32,000 nucleotides of DNA from Ruminococcus albus 7 = DSM 20455 (GTDB taxonomy: Bacteria > Bacillota > Clostridia > Oscillospirales > Ruminococcaceae). The notes beneath the pieces are model-generated. The model worked only from the letters and a program-made list of their open reading frames with translations. It did not search any database and was not told the DNA's origin. Positions 30,861-32,000 of this stretch are shown here, one piece after another; the stretch's first letter is position 1, and every line of letters begins with the position of its first letter. The stretch spans positions 1,800,001 through 1,832,000 of the forward strand of contig NC_014833.1 in assembly GCF_000179635.2 (NCBI RefSeq), given 5' to 3'. A program made the translations under genes and the position numbers.

Positions 30861-31859
30861 TCATTTCAGATATTCGTTATAAAATGCTTCCAGCTTGTCG
30901 AATGGTATAGCGTTATTCTCACCGCCGTCATAAAGGTCGGTATGCGAAGCGCCTTCGATCACAAGAAGCTGTTTATTGTCGGTGTACTTGTTTCCGTTTA
31001 TCATATTCTCATACGCATCTTTCCCGAAGTAGAAAGAATGTGCTTTGTCACCGTGCATTATCATAACAGCGGAACGTATCTCATTGCTGTATTGCAGGAT
31101 AGGCATATTAATGAACGACATACAGCCGATCTTGTTCCAGCCGCCGTTTGAATTGAGCGAACGTGGGTGATAACCTCTTTCGGTCTTATAGTAAGCGTGG
31201 TAGTCTTTTACAAAATACGGCGCATCTTCGGGAAGGGGATCGATAACTCCTCCGCCAAGCTCATACTCACCGCTTACATAATCCCTGATACGCTGAGCAT
31301 TAAGAGCTACCTTCTTTTCATAGCGTTTTTCTTCGCTGTCCTCGCTGTCGAAATAGCCATTTGCATTTACACGGGTCATATCATACATGGTCGATGCAAC
31401 AGTCGCCTTGATACGTGTATCCAATGTTGCAGCGTTAAGAGCCATACCGCCCCAGCCGCAGATACCGAGAATACCGATACGCTCAGGATCAACATTTTCC
31501 TGAATCGAGAGGAAATCAACCGCTGCCATAAAGTCCTCGGTGTTGATATCGGGAGAAGCCATATAACGAGGAGCACCTCCGCTTTCTCCGGTAAAGGAAG
31601 GATCAAAGGCAATAGTCAGAAATCCGCGTTCCGCAAGTGTCTGAGCATAAAGACCGCTGCACTGCTCCTTGACTGCGCCGAAAGGACCGCACACGGCGAT
31701 AGCAGGAAGCTTTCCGCCTGCATTCTTTGGAGTGTACATATCGGCAGCGAGTGTGATACCATAGCGGTTGTGGAATGTCACTTTCTTATGATCGACCTTG
31801 TCGGACTTCGGGAAGGTCTTGTCCCATTCCTGTGTCATGTTGAGCATTTCATCTTTCAT
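30861..31859 (-). CDS. Alpha/beta-fold hydrolase with Cys at the apparent nucleophile elbow
   Basis: 332 aa. The sequence PAIAVCGPFGAVKEQ...ERIGILGICGWGGMAL places Cys where Ser is usual. The C-terminal HGDKAH and GASHTDLYD are consistent with a Cys/Ser-Asp-His triad. Confidence 0.8.
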   Translation of the reverse strand: MKDEMLNMTQEWDKTFPKSDKVDHKKVTFHNRYGITLAADMYTPKNAGGKLPAIAVCGPFGAVKEQCSGLYAQTLAERGFLTIAFDPSFTGESGGAPRYMASPDINTEDFMAAVDFLSIQENVDPERIGILGICGWGGMALNAATLDTRIKATVASTMYDMTRVNANGYFDSEDSEEKRYEKKVALNAQRIRDYVSGEYELGGGVIDPLPEDAPYFVKDYHAYYKTERGYHPRSLNSNGGWNKIGCMSFINMPILQYSNEIRSAVMIMHGDKAHSFYFGKDAYENMINGNKYTDNKQLLVIEGASHTDLYDGGENNAIPFDKLEAFYNEYLK

Positions 31860-31860
31860 T

Positions 31861-32000
31861 TCAGATACCTCCGTTTTTTCTTAATGTGTAGGTGAGAAAG
31901 TCCAAGCAGTCTATGCGGTCGTTATACTTGTGAACGCTTTCAAGAAGCGACTTCCGATAGGCTTTCAGCAGCTTTTCAAGTTCTTTGTAACGCTTTTCTT
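31861..32000 (-). CDS. 3' end of a gene, possibly a PadR-like transcriptional regulator (truncated by window edge)
   Basis: The open minus-strand frame reads ...EKRYKELEKLLKAYRKSLLESVHKYNDRIDCLDFLTYTLRKNGGI*. Its stop lies 1 nt before the hydrolase ATG. The family call is weak. Confidence 0.35.
   Translation of the reverse strand, partial: EKRYKELEKLLKAYRKSLLESVHKYNDRIDCLDFLTYTLRKNGGI

Overview
This is a low-GC Firmicutes/Clostridia chromosomal segment. By inference from gene content (secreted GH9 endoglucanase, GH27 alpha-galactosidase with an AraC regulator, GH25 muramidase, SD-type ribosome-binding sites, TTGACA-17-TATAAT promoters), the source is probably a fibre-degrading gut or rumen Ruminococcus-like organism. 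I can support about 27 protein-coding genes, one tRNA-Leu(UAA), a 93-bp tandem repeat, and many hairpin terminators and near-consensus promoters. Housekeeping and accessory genes include a Ca-type P-type ATPase, an ATC-hydrolase-like protein, a DUF3737 beta-helix protein, a DUF134-NifX fusion, an MBL hydrolase, a PAP2 phosphatase, a YghZ/Gpr-type aldo-keto reductase, and a PadR-like/hydrolase/acetyltransferase/lipoprotein operon. Three loci deserve a second look. (1) 20.8-29.3 kb holds a three-gene sortase-pilus locus. Its 1897-aa tip protein carries two polyglycine-rich modules that look like the Pfam Gly_rich / ALK-LTK glycine-rich domain, plus a non-canonical MPFAG sorting motif. The other two genes are a YPK/LPFTG shaft pilin and a class C sortase. 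(2) 3.5-5.6 kb holds a membrane-spanning polymorphic-toxin-like protein with an HNH/EndoVII-like C-terminus and a tightly coupled acidic 153-aa putative immunity gene. No secretion system is in view. (3) 16.8-18.9 kb encodes a cytoplasmic, apparently catalytically intact EAL (c-di-GMP phosphodiesterase) domain fused to seven or eight exact 28-residue beta-solenoid-like repeats of unknown function. All family assignments come from motif recognition by eye. No HMM or database search was run.
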